64,000 nucleotides of DNA from assembly GCA_963707955.1 (NCBI GenBank), contig OY970176.1, positions 1,088,001 to 1,152,000 of the forward strand, read 5' to 3'. Positions 48,065 through 58,554 of the stretch are shown here, one piece after another. The stretch is from Candidatus Bathyarchaeota archaeon (GTDB taxonomy: Archaea > Thermoproteota > Bathyarchaeia > Bathyarchaeales > Bathycorpusculaceae). The position numbers and the translations under genes were made by a program. The notes beneath the pieces were generated by a model that saw only the letters and a program-made list of their open reading frames with translations, was not told where the DNA came from and searched no databases. Within the stretch, counting starts at the first letter, position 1. Each line of letters starts with the position of its first letter.

Positions 48065-48296
48065 CTTCTTCCCTGAGTTTATCCAGAAGTTTCTTCATTT
48101 CTTTAGGAGTTCCATACTGGGATCCGGAACCAGCAAGGTCCAACGTCGATTTCTCGGGTTTGAACAGTATCCCCTCTTCGGTTTCGATGACCTGAAGCCT
48201 CGTTCCCTCTTCAATCTTGTACTTCTCACGGAGTCGCGCTGGAATTGTGGTCTGACCTTTCCTGGTTACTACAACCTCGTGTTCCAACTCTATCAC
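48045..48296 (-). CDS. AbrB/MazE-type antitoxin
   Basis: VTRKGQTTIPARLREKYKIEEG; upstream direct repeat GTAGTACATT x2 (48298-48323). Confidence 0.92.
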   Translation of the reverse strand: MIELEHEVVVTRKGQTTIPARLREKYKIEEGTRLQVIETEEGILFKPEKSTLDLAGSGSQYGTPKEMKKLLDKLREEDVSNGL

Positions 48297-48426
48297 TGTA
48301 GTACATTCGTACAGTAGTACATTTAAGTCTTCCTACTCAAACCACCAGCCATCTCTTCTATGCCAGATTTTATATTCTGACTACTAGTAACCATTAAGCC
48401 GATCGCGGTCTTCGGGAGGTATACGA

Positions 48427-49719
48427 GTGAGTGCTTGTGTTCACCGTTTGCCCGGTTTGGTACTAGTTGATCACGAATTCAACGTGCCACTCGATTACGG
48501 CCGGCCTGAGGGCGAGACAATTAATGCATTTGCACGTGAGGTGGTTGCAACTGACAAGGAAAAACAGGATCAGCCGTGGCTAATCTTCTTTCAAGGCGGT
48601 CCTGGCTCGTCAGCGCCGCGCCCAGAAGACAAGAGTGGCTGGTTGAAACGGGCACTGCAAGAATATCGCGTGTTGCTACTCGACCAGCGCGGCACGGGTC
48701 GCAGCTCACCCATCAACCACCAGACATTGGCACGCTTTGCCACGCCTAGAATGCAGGCTGATTACCTGAAAAACTTCCGCGCCGACTCCATCGTCCGCGA
48801 CGCTGAACTGATCCGACGCAAGTTAGTCGGAGCGGAAAAGCCCTGGACCGTGCTGGGGCAAAGCTACGGCGGTTTCTGCATAACGCACTATTTGTCCGCT
48901 GCACCAGACGGCTTGAAAGAGGCGATGATAACTGGTGGTTTACCGCCTCTGAATCGTCCAGCGGACGATGTTTACCGCGCCACTTATCAACGTGTAAGCG
49001 AAAGGAACAGGCTCTACTATGAGCGTTACCCCGATGACGTTGAGCGCGCCCGCGAAATCGTCGACCATTTAGCATCTCACGAGGTAAACCTGCCGAACGG
49101 TGACCGCGTCTCATCACGACGTTTTCAACAACTCGGCATGGCCTTCGGGATCAGCACCGGTTTCGAGCGAGTTCACTATTTGCTTGAAGACGCGTTTCTG
49201 CAAGGCGCAACCGGCCGAGAGATTAGTTACACTTTCCTGCGCGGCTTCGAAAACTCTCTGTGGTTTGAAACCAACCCGATTTACGCGATCCTGCACGAGT
49301 CAATCTACTGCGAAGGGGCTGCGTCGAATTGGTCGGCCCAGCGTGTCCGTTCGGAATACCCGGAATTCGAGGTCACGCCTAGTCAGCCTGTGTTCTTCAC
49401 GGGCGAGATGGTGTACCCGTGGATGCTCGATGAGTACAGGTACCTCCGCCCGTTGAAAGAAGCTGCGGAGATTCTGGCGGCATACGACGGCTGGCCGTAT
49501 CTCTACGACAAATCAACCCTGCAATCGAACACTGTTCCGTGTGCAGCGGCTATTTACTATAACGACATGTACGTTGAGCGCAGCCTTTCAGAGGAAGCCG
49601 CCCGAAATATTCGAGGGATCAAACTGTGGGTCACCAGCGAATACCAACATGACGGCCTGCGCGTCGACGGCGACAAGGTGCTGGGCCGCTTGCTCGGCAT
49701 GCTCCACGGCGAGATATGA
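48427..49719 (+). CDS. proline iminopeptidase (alpha/beta hydrolase, bacterial type)
   Basis: QGGPG, LLDQRGTG.S, GQSYGG, DMYV, H.GLR; GC-richer than surroundings. Confidence 0.9.
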   Translation: MSACVHRLPGLVLVDHEFNVPLDYGRPEGETINAFAREVVATDKEKQDQPWLIFFQGGPGSSAPRPEDKSGWLKRALQEYRVLLLDQRGTGRSSPINHQTLARFATPRMQADYLKNFRADSIVRDAELIRRKLVGAEKPWTVLGQSYGGFCITHYLSAAPDGLKEAMITGGLPPLNRPADDVYRATYQRVSERNRLYYERYPDDVERAREIVDHLASHEVNLPNGDRVSSRRFQQLGMAFGISTGFERVHYLLEDAFLQGATGREISYTFLRGFENSLWFETNPIYAILHESIYCEGAASNWSAQRVRSEYPEFEVTPSQPVFFTGEMVYPWMLDEYRYLRPLKEAAEILAAYDGWPYLYDKSTLQSNTVPCAAAIYYNDMYVERSLSEEAARNIRGIKLWVTSEYQHDGLRVDGDKVLGRLLGMLHGEI

Positions 49720-49864
49720 CAACTGGGCATCGACCATTTCGAGACAAGAACTTTGCGCACGCGCTTCTTCGACGCTCTTACATGTGAGGAGCATCAGCGA
49801 CATCTCGGAAACGATGTGCTGCTTATCACATCAATCTCTGATCGAAGTGCGACCGAAACGTACT

Positions 49865-50423
49865 CTACGTATTGATCTTCTTTATTAGCCAAGCGAGTCT
49901 TTGCCCAAAGTCTTTCACCGTGTTAATTCCTTCCTCGTCTTTCAGAACATCTCCCTTTGAGCGGCCAAAAGCCACGGTCCAATATGATGAGCCGGGAACG
50001 ATCATTTCAGAGATCATGAAGAAGAACATGAGCTGCGCAAGAGTGAAATTGTGCCCAGCTCGACGGGCGACAACGATCGGTCCGCCCACCTTGTTTTTCA
50101 ACGGTTTTCCGCGTTTACTGTAGAATCTGCTGATCAAGGTAACTATCTGCGGTGTCGCTGCACCGAAGTAGACTGGAGTGGCGAGTATGATCCCATCGGC
50201 TTCTTTCATCTTCTTGAATATGGATTCAAAATCGTCTCTGATATGACATTTGCCAGTTTTCGAACAGCTTCTGCACCCATCGCAAGGCTCTATTTTCTTT
50301 CCCGCCAAGCTTACTAGTTCTGTTTCAAGCCCCTCCTTCTGTACTTCGTCCAGCGCTATGCGAGTCAAAATCTCAGTGTTTCCTCCCAGACCTTGCACTA
50401 CCAACTATGCCCACAACCTTCAT
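49865..50423 (-). CDS. iron-sulfur flavoprotein / NADPH-dependent FMN reductase, +1 frameshift at ~50390
   Basis: MKVVGIVGSAR|LGGNTEIL; CDGCRSC...C..RDD; ATPVYFG. Confidence 0.88.
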
Positions 50424-50523
50424 TCTTCGGTCACTCTCACCTTCGGAAACTCCTTTAGAGAATAAAATTCTATCTGAAACTGGTCTCCGACATTGATTGA
50501 TTTGGATTAGGACTTCGCGCGCG

Positions 50524-50922
50524 CTAGACACACCTAACAGACTCGCTGACCACGCAGAGTTCGCACTTTTCAATGTCGACCAACGGGTCAAAGGTCTTGT
50601 GCAGCTTACACAGCAAACCCTTCGCCCTAATTGTCCTGCACACTCCGCAGTACATGACGATCAAGTCCCGATGCGAAGAACCACCCTTAGCCAATGACTC
50701 CGACATGTTGGTCACCAAACGCTTAACGTCACAGTCGTTCTCCAGGTCGATGGCTTTTCCCCTGATGTTTCTGCAGTACAAGCTTATCGCCGGCTGGCTG
50801 ACGCCGAGAAGCTTGGCCGCCTCAACCTGCCTAAGCCCGTGGTTGGCCATAAGCTCTTTGGCTATCATAGCGCGGACTACTGGCAAGACGCATTTGACGG
50901 CAACTTCACATGGAACAGACAT
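50524..50922 (-). CDS. Cys-rich XRE-type HTH transcriptional regulator
   Basis: PCE...LP..RA.IAKEL...G.RQ.EAA.LLGVSQPAIS.Y; C..C...C..H...C..C. Confidence 0.85.
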   Translation of the reverse strand: MSVPCEVAVKCVLPVVRAMIAKELMANHGLRQVEAAKLLGVSQPAISLYCRNIRGKAIDLENDCDVKRLVTNMSESLAKGGSSHRDLIVMYCGVCRTIRAKGLLCKLHKTFDPLVDIEKCELCVVSESVRCV

Positions 50923-51003
50923 TGATGAGGCTTCCGACTAGTAGTTGTAGAAAGGCATAAATATACTTTATTACAATCGTCATATTCGCTTCAAGGTGAA
51001 AAA

Positions 51004-52191
51004 ATGAGCTGGAGAAACGTTGCCGAGATCTCTAAACAAGTCTACTGGGTAGGCATAAGAGACTGGAACAGAAGACTCTTCGACGCGCTGATTCCGCTTC
51101 CCAGAGGGACAACATACAATTCGTACTTAGTGATTGGATCTGCAAAAAAAGCGGTGATTGACACTGTCAACCCTGGTTTTGAAAAGGAATGGCAAGAAAA
51201 AATCAGCAAAGTTGTGAACCCTGCTGACATCGATTATGTGATAATGAATCATGCCGAACCTGACCACGCAGGCTCAATTCCGCACATGATGGCAATCAAC
51301 AGCAAGGCCATGCTCGTTACAACAAGCCAGGGGGCAAAGATGGCACGCGTCTTTTACAAGGTGCCTGAAAACAGGATAAAGGCCGTTGCAAACGGAGATT
51401 CGCTCGATCTTGGTGGCAAGACGCTGAGGTTCATCGAGGCCCCGATGCTTCACTGGCCCGAAACAATGTTCACATACCTTCCAGAGAACAAGACCCTGTT
51501 TCCATGCGACTTCTTCGGGTCACACGTCGCACAGGGACTGTTCGACGATGAAATAGAAGACTTACTCGTATTCGCCCAGAAGTATTTCGGCGAAATTATG
51601 ATGCCTTTCAGGTTCAACGCTCAAAAAGGCATGGAAAAAATCAAAGACCTAGAGATCAACATGATCGCACCGAGCCACGGCCCCATACATAGAAACCCAG
51701 AACGAATTCTGTCTGCTTACCGAAAATGGGTAAACGGAGAAACTAGACAGAAGACAATCATAGTCTACGCGACCATGTGGAACAGCACAGAGAAAATGGT
51801 CAAAGCAATTGAAGATACCTTAACCTCCGAAGGAATAGAAGTGGCAAAGCACAACCTAGCCGTGGGAGACATAGGTGAATTGGCAAGAGACTTGGTTGAC
51901 TCGCGAGCCATCGTATTAGGGGCGCCCACGGTGCTCGGCGGGGCTCATCCGCTGGCGATGTACGCGACGTACTTGGCAAGGGTTCTTCGTCCACCGACAA
52001 AGTTTGCGGTCGTGCTCACCTCGTACGGCTGGAGCGGAGGGGCGATAAAACACATTCAGGAAACGCTGGGACCGACAAAAATGGAAATCGTTGGAGCCCT
52101 AGAGATCAACGGTCCACCAACAGAAGCCGACATCGACAAGATAGTGGAGTATGGGAAGATTCTTGCAAAGAAAATCAAGGAACAAGGCTAA
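51004..52191 (+). CDS. fprA: flavodiiron protein (FprA/NorV family)
   Basis: GTTYNSY, NHAEPDH, HWPE, CDFFG.H, PSHG, SYGWSG. Confidence 0.95.
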   Translation: MSWRNVAEISKQVYWVGIRDWNRRLFDALIPLPRGTTYNSYLVIGSAKKAVIDTVNPGFEKEWQEKISKVVNPADIDYVIMNHAEPDHAGSIPHMMAINSKAMLVTTSQGAKMARVFYKVPENRIKAVANGDSLDLGGKTLRFIEAPMLHWPETMFTYLPENKTLFPCDFFGSHVAQGLFDDEIEDLLVFAQKYFGEIMMPFRFNAQKGMEKIKDLEINMIAPSHGPIHRNPERILSAYRKWVNGETRQKTIIVYATMWNSTEKMVKAIEDTLTSEGIEVAKHNLAVGDIGELARDLVDSRAIVLGAPTVLGGAHPLAMYATYLARVLRPPTKFAVVLTSYGWSGGAIKHIQETLGPTKMEIVGALEINGPPTEADIDKIVEYGKILAKKIKEQG

Positions 52192-52260
52192 AAGATCTGC
52201 GCCGCTATCTTTTTAATACCTGTAATGAGTGAACCTACGGGCTGAGAAGGTGCAAACAGT

Positions 52261-53487
52261 ATGAGCGGGATGGATGAAACTAAGAAAAAGCTGTTGAAGG
52301 AGATAATCCAGCAGTTGCCGGGGGGAGCGTCGCCAGAGGAGGTTAAAGAAAGGTTCAGGGAAACCCTCAAGGGCGTAACCTCCGAGGACATCGTCAAGGT
52401 TGAACAGGAACTCGTCAAGGAAGGAATGCCACGCGAAGAACTGCAGAAGCTCTGCGACATACACATGGCAATCTTCGGCGAACAACTGCAGGAGCAGGAG
52501 TTACTCATTTCACGTGGACACCCCGTCAGCATTCTCATCGAAGAGCACAGTATTATGCTTCAACGCGCTGAGAGACTGGAAACGCTATTGGGCATGGTTG
52601 AAGAGGCGTGCGACTCCGTTTACGTTGGAGACGTCTTGACTGAACTGCAAAACATAGCAAAGGAATTTCAGGATTCGGAAAAACATTACCTGAGGGAGGA
52701 GAACGTCCTCTTTCCCATGGTGGAGAAGCATGGAATCACAGAACCTCCGGCTATCATGTGGATGGAACACGACAAGATAAGAGAGGTCAAGAAGAAGTTC
52801 ACCAACCTTGTTGAAAAATGGAACACCATGACTTACGAAGAGTTCAAGAAAAGACTGAGCGACGCGACGAAACCATTGTGCAGTTTGCTTCCATCTCACT
52901 TTTACAAAGAAAACAACATACTGTTCCCAGCGGCTCTGGAATCAGTTTCGATCGAAGAGTGGGAAGAGGTTAGGAAAGAGTTCGACGAGATAGGCTACTG
53001 CTGCTTCACACCTCCAGCCGCAACGGTGAGAATGCAGGTTGGAGAGCCAAGAGGCAAAGCGGAACCCTTGACTGAGGAAACACTGAAGTTTGAGACCGGA
53101 AGCCTTTCAAAAGAAGAAGTTGAGGCTATTCTTGACTCGCTTCCCATAGACATATCGTTCGTCGACAGGAATGACAGCGTGAAGTACTTCAACAAGGCTG
53201 AAAAGAGGATCTTCGTGCGCACAAAAGCCGTGATCGGCCGAAAAGTGCAGATGTGCCACCCGCAGAAAAGCGTCCACATAGTGAACAAGATCGTGGATGC
53301 CTTCAAAAAAGGCAGGAAAGATTCGGCTGAATTCTGGATCACGATGGGCGGTCGATTCGTTCACATCAGATACTTCGCAGTCAGAGATAAGAGCGGAAAA
53401 TACCTTGGAACGATGGAAGTGACACAGGACTTGACTGACATAAAAAAGCTTGAGGGCGAAAAGAGACTTCTCGACTGGACAGAATAG
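52261..53487 (+). CDS. DUF438 / hemerythrin-like / PAS domain protein
   Basis: LCDIH, GHP...EH, HY.REE..LFP, MW.EHD, KENNILFP, PAS with CHP.KS. Confidence 0.9.
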   Translation: MSGMDETKKKLLKEIIQQLPGGASPEEVKERFRETLKGVTSEDIVKVEQELVKEGMPREELQKLCDIHMAIFGEQLQEQELLISRGHPVSILIEEHSIMLQRAERLETLLGMVEEACDSVYVGDVLTELQNIAKEFQDSEKHYLREENVLFPMVEKHGITEPPAIMWMEHDKIREVKKKFTNLVEKWNTMTYEEFKKRLSDATKPLCSLLPSHFYKENNILFPAALESVSIEEWEEVRKEFDEIGYCCFTPPAATVRMQVGEPRGKAEPLTEETLKFETGSLSKEEVEAILDSLPIDISFVDRNDSVKYFNKAEKRIFVRTKAVIGRKVQMCHPQKSVHIVNKIVDAFKKGRKDSAEFWITMGGRFVHIRYFAVRDKSGKYLGTMEVTQDLTDIKKLEGEKRLLDWTE

Positions 53488-53503
53488 TTCGACAGAATAA
53501 GCG

Positions 53504-53830
53504 TTATTTTTTCTTTCTGTTTTTTTTGTTGTCAAGTTTCTTGGTTCGCTTCTTCTTGAAGAACCAAGGATATCGCTGCATGTCCTCGTAGATGGGTCTA
53601 GGCATTCGTCCAGTATAGATGTCCGGATGCCCTTCAGGGGACACAATGGGATACTTCAGTCGGACGTTCTTGATTGTCATCCGATACACTACGTAAATCG
53701 AAAAGACGAAGGCCGCTAAGACAATCGCCAAGGGCCAAACCCACCCAGCATACGCAAAACCGGCAATGGGAAGCGAATACATGACAACGACAAAAAGGAA
53801 ACCTAACCAGAACCTGGCCTTCCTGTCCAA
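53504..53830 (-). CDS. small two-TM hypothetical protein with basic tail
   Basis: two hydrophobic segments then a conserved-looking PDIYTGRMPRPIYED; TTG start inferred. Confidence 0.55.
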   Translation of the reverse strand: MDRKARFWLGFLFVVVMYSLPIAGFAYAGWVWPLAIVLAAFVFSIYVVYRMTIKNVRLKYPIVSPEGHPDIYTGRMPRPIYEDMQRYPWFFKKKRTKKLDNKKNRKKK

Positions 53831-54220
53831 CTCTTTCCCTGAAAGAACAAACAGACAAATCTCACTTATACACTTTGTTCGCAGACCTGGAGCATGTACG
53901 CCTAGATTGTTGGGCAGGATAACATCGGCTTGCAAAATCAAGAAAAAGGAAAGTCTAGCTCGCGTTCGCGGTCGCGAGAGCTTGTTCTGCCACAGACTCG
54001 AGGGAACCAGTTCAAAAAGCGTTCCTGTGTGGAAAGAAGAACAAGACGATGAAAATGAGGCGTTCGCCCACATGGCCTACTTTTCGCAACAATGGGCGAA
54101 ATCTTTCGAAGGCCGAAATATGGACTCAGATTAAAAAGAGTTTCAAATAGGAAAGGTTTTTAGTTTAGTTGTCATATGAAAGACTGCAACAGATTAGGAT
54201 AGATTGTGAGGAATGTATGA

Positions 54221-54949
54221 ATGTCCGTATTTGCAGCACCAGGCGCTTACGACCGTGCCATAACTGTTTTTTCACCAGACGGCCGGCTTTTTCAAGTTGA
54301 ATACGCGATGGAGTTGGTCAACCGTGGAGCTACGATCTTGGCCATCCGCTGCTCGGGAGGAGTCGTTTTGGGAGCGGAAGAGACGGCTGACCCCCTTGAA
54401 GAATCAGAATACTCTTGGAAAATCTTCAAGATAGATGACCATGTGTGCGCAGGCATCGTGGGCTTGAGCTCAGACGCGCGCATACTGATAGACCAAGCAA
54501 GGGTTTACGCTCAGTCGAACAAGCTGACGTACGACGAGCCGATCGACACGGAAGTCGTGACCAAGAGAATATGCGACATAAAGCAACTCTACACGCAACA
54601 CGCGGGCGTGAGACCCTTCGGAGTCTCCATGATCTTCGCCGGAGTCGACAAGACTGGAAGCCGCGTGTTCGGAACCCACCCAAGCGGAACCTACAGGGGA
54701 TACAAGGCAAGAGCAGAGGGCGCTGGGAGAGAAACAGTCTTCAATATACTGAAAGAAGAGTACAAGGAAGAAATAGACCTCAAAGAAGCCACAAAGCTTG
54801 CCGTGAAATGCCTGGCAAAAGCCCTAGAGGCAAGGCAGCTTCCTCCAAGGGTAAAAGTTGCACTGATCCCATCGGAGACCCAGAGAATGGAGATCTTGGG
54901 CGACGAAAAAGTCGATGCTATCATAAAAGAGCTAGGCGTTGGCAAGTGA
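54221..54949 (+). CDS. psmA: proteasome subunit alpha
   Basis: YDRAITVFSPDGRLFQVEYA, RPFGVS. Confidence 0.97.
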   Translation: MSVFAAPGAYDRAITVFSPDGRLFQVEYAMELVNRGATILAIRCSGGVVLGAEETADPLEESEYSWKIFKIDDHVCAGIVGLSSDARILIDQARVYAQSNKLTYDEPIDTEVVTKRICDIKQLYTQHAGVRPFGVSMIFAGVDKTGSRVFGTHPSGTYRGYKARAEGAGRETVFNILKEEYKEEIDLKEATKLAVKCLAKALEARQLPPRVKVALIPSETQRMEILGDEKVDAIIKELGVGK

Positions 54950-54956
54950 AACGTCG

Positions 54957-55646
54957 ATGAGTGATAAGTACACCGTTGCACGCATGACAAAGGACAACGA
55001 ACACTTTGAGGTCCTCGTCAAACCCCAAAAGGCCCTAGACTACCGCATGGGGAAAACGGCCTCAGTAACCGAGGTCTTGGCTGCCGAAACAATATTCTCA
55101 GACGCGAACAAGGGCACGAAGGCTTCGGAGGAAAACCTGCGCAAAGCGTTTGACACGACTGACGCGTTGAAAATAGCAGAAGCGATACTGACCAAGGGAA
55201 CCTTGCAGCTTACGACAGAGCAACGTAGAAAGATGACCGAGGACAAGAGGAGACAGATCGTCGACTTCATATCGAGGCAGAGCGTTGACCCCAAGACAAA
55301 CCTTCCGCACCCGCCTGCACGCATAGAAAACGCCATGGAACAGGTACGCTATTCGATAGACCCGTTCAAGCCCGTGGAAGAGCAGGCAAAAGAAATCATC
55401 AAATCGTTGCGAGCTATTCTGCCACTCAAAATGGAGCAAATATCGCTGGGCGTCACGATACCGGCAACGTACTCAGCAAGAGCCTACGGGTCTATCAAGG
55501 GTTTCGGAACGATAAAACACGAAGAATGGCGCGCAGACGGCTCATGGTACGGCATTCTTGAAATGCCTGCAGGTACCTACGCCCCCTTCCTAGATAAACT
55601 CGGTGAATTGACGAAGGGAAGTGGGGAAGCAAAAATAGTTCGTTAA
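54957..55646 (+). CDS. ribosome maturation factor SBDS/Sdo1
   Basis: FEVLV, QLT.EQRR, DPKT.LPHPP.RIE.AM. Confidence 0.95.
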   Translation: MSDKYTVARMTKDNEHFEVLVKPQKALDYRMGKTASVTEVLAAETIFSDANKGTKASEENLRKAFDTTDALKIAEAILTKGTLQLTTEQRRKMTEDKRRQIVDFISRQSVDPKTNLPHPPARIENAMEQVRYSIDPFKPVEEQAKEIIKSLRAILPLKMEQISLGVTIPATYSARAYGSIKGFGTIKHEEWRADGSWYGILEMPAGTYAPFLDKLGELTKGSGEAKIVR

Positions 55647-55674
55647 GAGTTTTATGAACGATCAGGTGTAGAAC

Positions 55675-56382
55675 ATGCCAATACTTTTAGAAAGAAAACA
55701 ACTTGTGACTCCTGGAGACTTGATCGCAGAAGGCGAGTACATCGCCGGAGAGAACACATTCGCAGAAAACAACAAAATCTACGCAACACGCGTTGGAATA
55801 GTTGAATACGAAAACAAGAGAGTGGACGTAGTGGCCCTAAAAGCCTTCTACATCCCAAGAGCCGGAGACATAGTCATAGGAACGATCACAGAAGTCGGAT
55901 TCAACGGGTGGACAGTGGACATAAACTCACCATACATCGCCCTCTTGAGAGCATCAGACGTCCTCAGTAGGCCTTTCAAGCCTCAGAAGGACGACCTTCC
56001 CCAAGTCCTCGACGCGGGAGACCTGGTGGTTGCAAAAATAGTCTCCTACGACAGAACACACGACCCGCAGCTGACCGTTGCAGAACCAGGATTGGGAAAG
56101 ATCACCCGTGGACAAATAGTCAAAATCACACCGACAAAGATCCCACGTGTGATCGGAAGAAAAGGCTCGATGATATCCATGATAAAGCAGGAAACAGGAT
56201 GCAACATAATCCTGGGACTCAACGGAGTCGTTCTGGTCACGGGGAAAACATTAGAAGACGAACAGCTCGCGCTGAGAGCGATCCTTAAAATTGAGTACGA
56301 GTCACACACCAGCGGCCTAACAGACCGCATAACCCAGATGCTTCGAGAAGAAAAATCAAAAAGGGAGGAAAACCAAAAATGA
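55675..56382 (+). CDS. rrp4: exosome RNA-binding subunit Rrp4
   Basis: VTPGD, YIP..GD.VIG, S1+KH ([11 protein letters not shown]). Confidence 0.96.
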   Translation: MPILLERKQLVTPGDLIAEGEYIAGENTFAENNKIYATRVGIVEYENKRVDVVALKAFYIPRAGDIVIGTITEVGFNGWTVDINSPYIALLRASDVLSRPFKPQKDDLPQVLDAGDLVVAKIVSYDRTHDPQLTVAEPGLGKITRGQIVKITPTKIPRVIGRKGSMISMIKQETGCNIILGLNGVVLVTGKTLEDEQLALRAILKIEYESHTSGLTDRITQMLREEKSKREENQK

Positions 56383-57128
56383 ATGATAAACCTGAAAAGT
56401 TAATCGATAAGAAAGGCCTGAGACTGGATGGAAGAAAACCAGACGAGTTGAGGCCTGTAAAGCTTGAAGTAGGCGTCATATCGAACGCCGACGGTTCAGC
56501 GTACATTGAACATGGAAAAAACAAGATTCTGGCAGCCGTGTACGGCCCAAGAGAAGTGCATCCTAAACACTTGGCGCTTCAAGACCGAACAGTCGTGAAG
56601 TGCCGCTATCACATGGCACCATTCTCTGTCCAAGAACGCAAATCGCCCGCACCTTCAAGAAGAGAAGTTGAACTCTCAAAAATGATAAGAGAATCTCTTG
56701 AACCCGCTATCTTCATGGAATACTACCCCCGAACAATGATAGATGTACTCATAGAAGTGCTGCAGGCTGACGGGGGAACAAGATGCGCAAGCATAACAGC
56801 CGCGGCCTTAGCCCTCGCAGATTCAGGAATTCCAATGAGGGACCTGGTCGTAGCATGCGCAGCGGGCAAAATTGACAACACGGTGGTGCTCGACCTCATG
56901 GACACCGAGGACAAAGTAGGCTCCGCAGATGTCCCTGTGGCTCTGATGCCCAACCTGAACGCTGTGACACTTCTGCAGATGGACGGCAATCTGACACGTG
57001 AAGAGTTCGAGACCGCTGTTAACATGGCCCTTGAAGGATGCAGAAAGATCTACGCCATGCAGAAGGAGGCACTGAAGACGAAGTACGTCAACGTTGGCGA
57101 AGACATCAAGGAGGAGGCTGAAGATTGA
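56379..57128 (+). CDS. rrp41: exosome exonuclease Rrp41
   Basis: [26 protein letters not shown]. Confidence 0.97.
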   Translation: MNDKPEKLIDKKGLRLDGRKPDELRPVKLEVGVISNADGSAYIEHGKNKILAAVYGPREVHPKHLALQDRTVVKCRYHMAPFSVQERKSPAPSRREVELSKMIRESLEPAIFMEYYPRTMIDVLIEVLQADGGTRCASITAAALALADSGIPMRDLVVACAAGKIDNTVVLDLMDTEDKVGSADVPVALMPNLNAVTLLQMDGNLTREEFETAVNMALEGCRKIYAMQKEALKTKYVNVGEDIKEEAED

Positions 57129-57919
57129 TGGCGCAAATAATCACGCGTGTAAAGCAGAAGCAGATTACACAGATGATAGACAAAGAAAAACGTATGGACG
57201 GCCGCGACCTGACAGATTATCGCGAGATGAAAATCGAGCAAGGCATCATCGAACGCGCTGAAGGCTCTGCCAGAGTGCTCCTAGGCAAAACAGAGGTCGT
57301 GGTCGGAGTGAAGATTGAGATGGGCGAACCGTTTCCAGACACCCCTAACGAAGGCGTCTTGACAGTCAACGCGGAACTCACGCCAATAGCCTCACCGGCT
57401 TTCGAGGCGGGACCACCAGGCGAGGATTCCATAGAACTTGCAAGAATCGTTGACAGGGGAATAAGAGAGTCAAAGGCCATCGACACGGAGAAACTCGTCA
57501 TCGAAGCCGGAAAGAAGGTCTTCGTAGTCTTCGTGGACATCTACGTCCTCAACCACGATGGAAACCTGATAGACGCGTCAGCGTTGGCTGCAGTGGCCGC
57601 CTTGCTCAACACGAAAATGGCCAACTACGAAGTCAAAGAAGGAGAAGTCAAAATCAAACCCGGCTACGAAAAACTTCCAATAAACAAGCGTCCGATAACA
57701 GTTACCGTTGCGAAGATAGGGAACAAGCTTGTCGTTGACCCGATGTTAGAGGAGGAACAGGTCATGGACGCAAGGATCTCGATGGCTATTGATGACGATG
57801 GCCACATATGCGCCATACAGAAGGGCGGCAGCGGGTACTTCGAACCAAACCAGGTGCTGGAAGCAGCGAAGATAATTGAACAAAAAGCCAAGGAAATGCG
57901 CAAGAAACTGAACTGGTGA
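57128..57919 (+). CDS. rrp42: exosome subunit Rrp42
   Basis: RMDGR, AEGSA, ELARIVDRGIRES, DGNLIDA, QKGG. Confidence 0.97.
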   Translation: MAQIITRVKQKQITQMIDKEKRMDGRDLTDYREMKIEQGIIERAEGSARVLLGKTEVVVGVKIEMGEPFPDTPNEGVLTVNAELTPIASPAFEAGPPGEDSIELARIVDRGIRESKAIDTEKLVIEAGKKVFVVFVDIYVLNHDGNLIDASALAAVAALLNTKMANYEVKEGEVKIKPGYEKLPINKRPITVTVAKIGNKLVVDPMLEEEQVMDARISMAIDDDGHICAIQKGGSGYFEPNQVLEAAKIIEQKAKEMRKKLNW

Positions 57920-57927
57920 TACCCCTC

Positions 57928-58233
57928 ATGCCAAGAACTAAGAAAGTCGGACCCACAAGAGGCCTAGGACCTCGCTATGGCTCCACAGTCAGAAAACGCT
58001 ACATCAAAGTACTGGAAGAAATGAGAAAACCTCACAAGTGCCCACAATGCGGATTTCTCAGAGTCAAGAGAGAAAGCGTCGGCGTCTGGAAGTGCAGAAA
58101 GTGCGGGTTCACCTACACGGGCGGAGCTTACACACCGGTCACAAAGCTCGGCGTAGTGGCGAAACGCTCAGCCAAGGGATTACCAGCCGAAGAAACGATG
58201 AAAACAGCAGAAGAAGAGCCAGAAGCCGCCTAG
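57928..58233 (+). CDS. rpl37ae: 50S ribosomal protein L37ae
   Basis: GPRYG...R, CPQC, GVWKCRKCG, GGAY.P. Confidence 0.96.
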   Translation: MPRTKKVGPTRGLGPRYGSTVRKRYIKVLEEMRKPHKCPQCGFLRVKRESVGVWKCRKCGFTYTGGAYTPVTKLGVVAKRSAKGLPAEETMKTAEEEPEAA

Positions 58234-58302
58234 TTTCTCCCATTTCACTATTCTGTTCAAAACCCATTTTTGATCACTAATAGTGGGTATGGAGCCGTAG
58301 CG

Positions 58303-58554
58303 GTGAAGACAAAGGCAACCGTACGTTTAAAGTTCCCTTCAGAACAAAAGCTACAAACGGTTCTCAACTCTTTGAAGCCGGAAACCAGCAGCCCTGCCAC
58401 CACCCGCGCTCGAACGATCTTGAAGGAAGAAGATGGGTCCCTGGTTTTAAGGGTCGAAGCCAACGACACCGTAGCCTTGCGCGCGTCTCTGAACGCTTAC
58501 CTGAGATGGATAAACTCCATCTTGAACGTCCTCGAAGTTCTAGAAGCACGATAA
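58303..58554 (+). CDS. pcc1: KEOPS complex subunit Pcc1
   Basis: LKPE, RAR, A.D..ALRASLNAYLRW. Confidence 0.9.
   Translation: MKTKATVRLKFPSEQKLQTVLNSLKPETSSPATTRARTILKEEDGSLVLRVEANDTVALRASLNAYLRWINSILNVLEVLEAR

Noticed and set aside
53831-54200. Possible RNase P/SRP RNA or CDS (ORF 53766-54134) upstream of psmA
   Set aside because: No GAGGAAAGUCC or SRP helix-8 motif seen; the ORF has no recognisable protein features.
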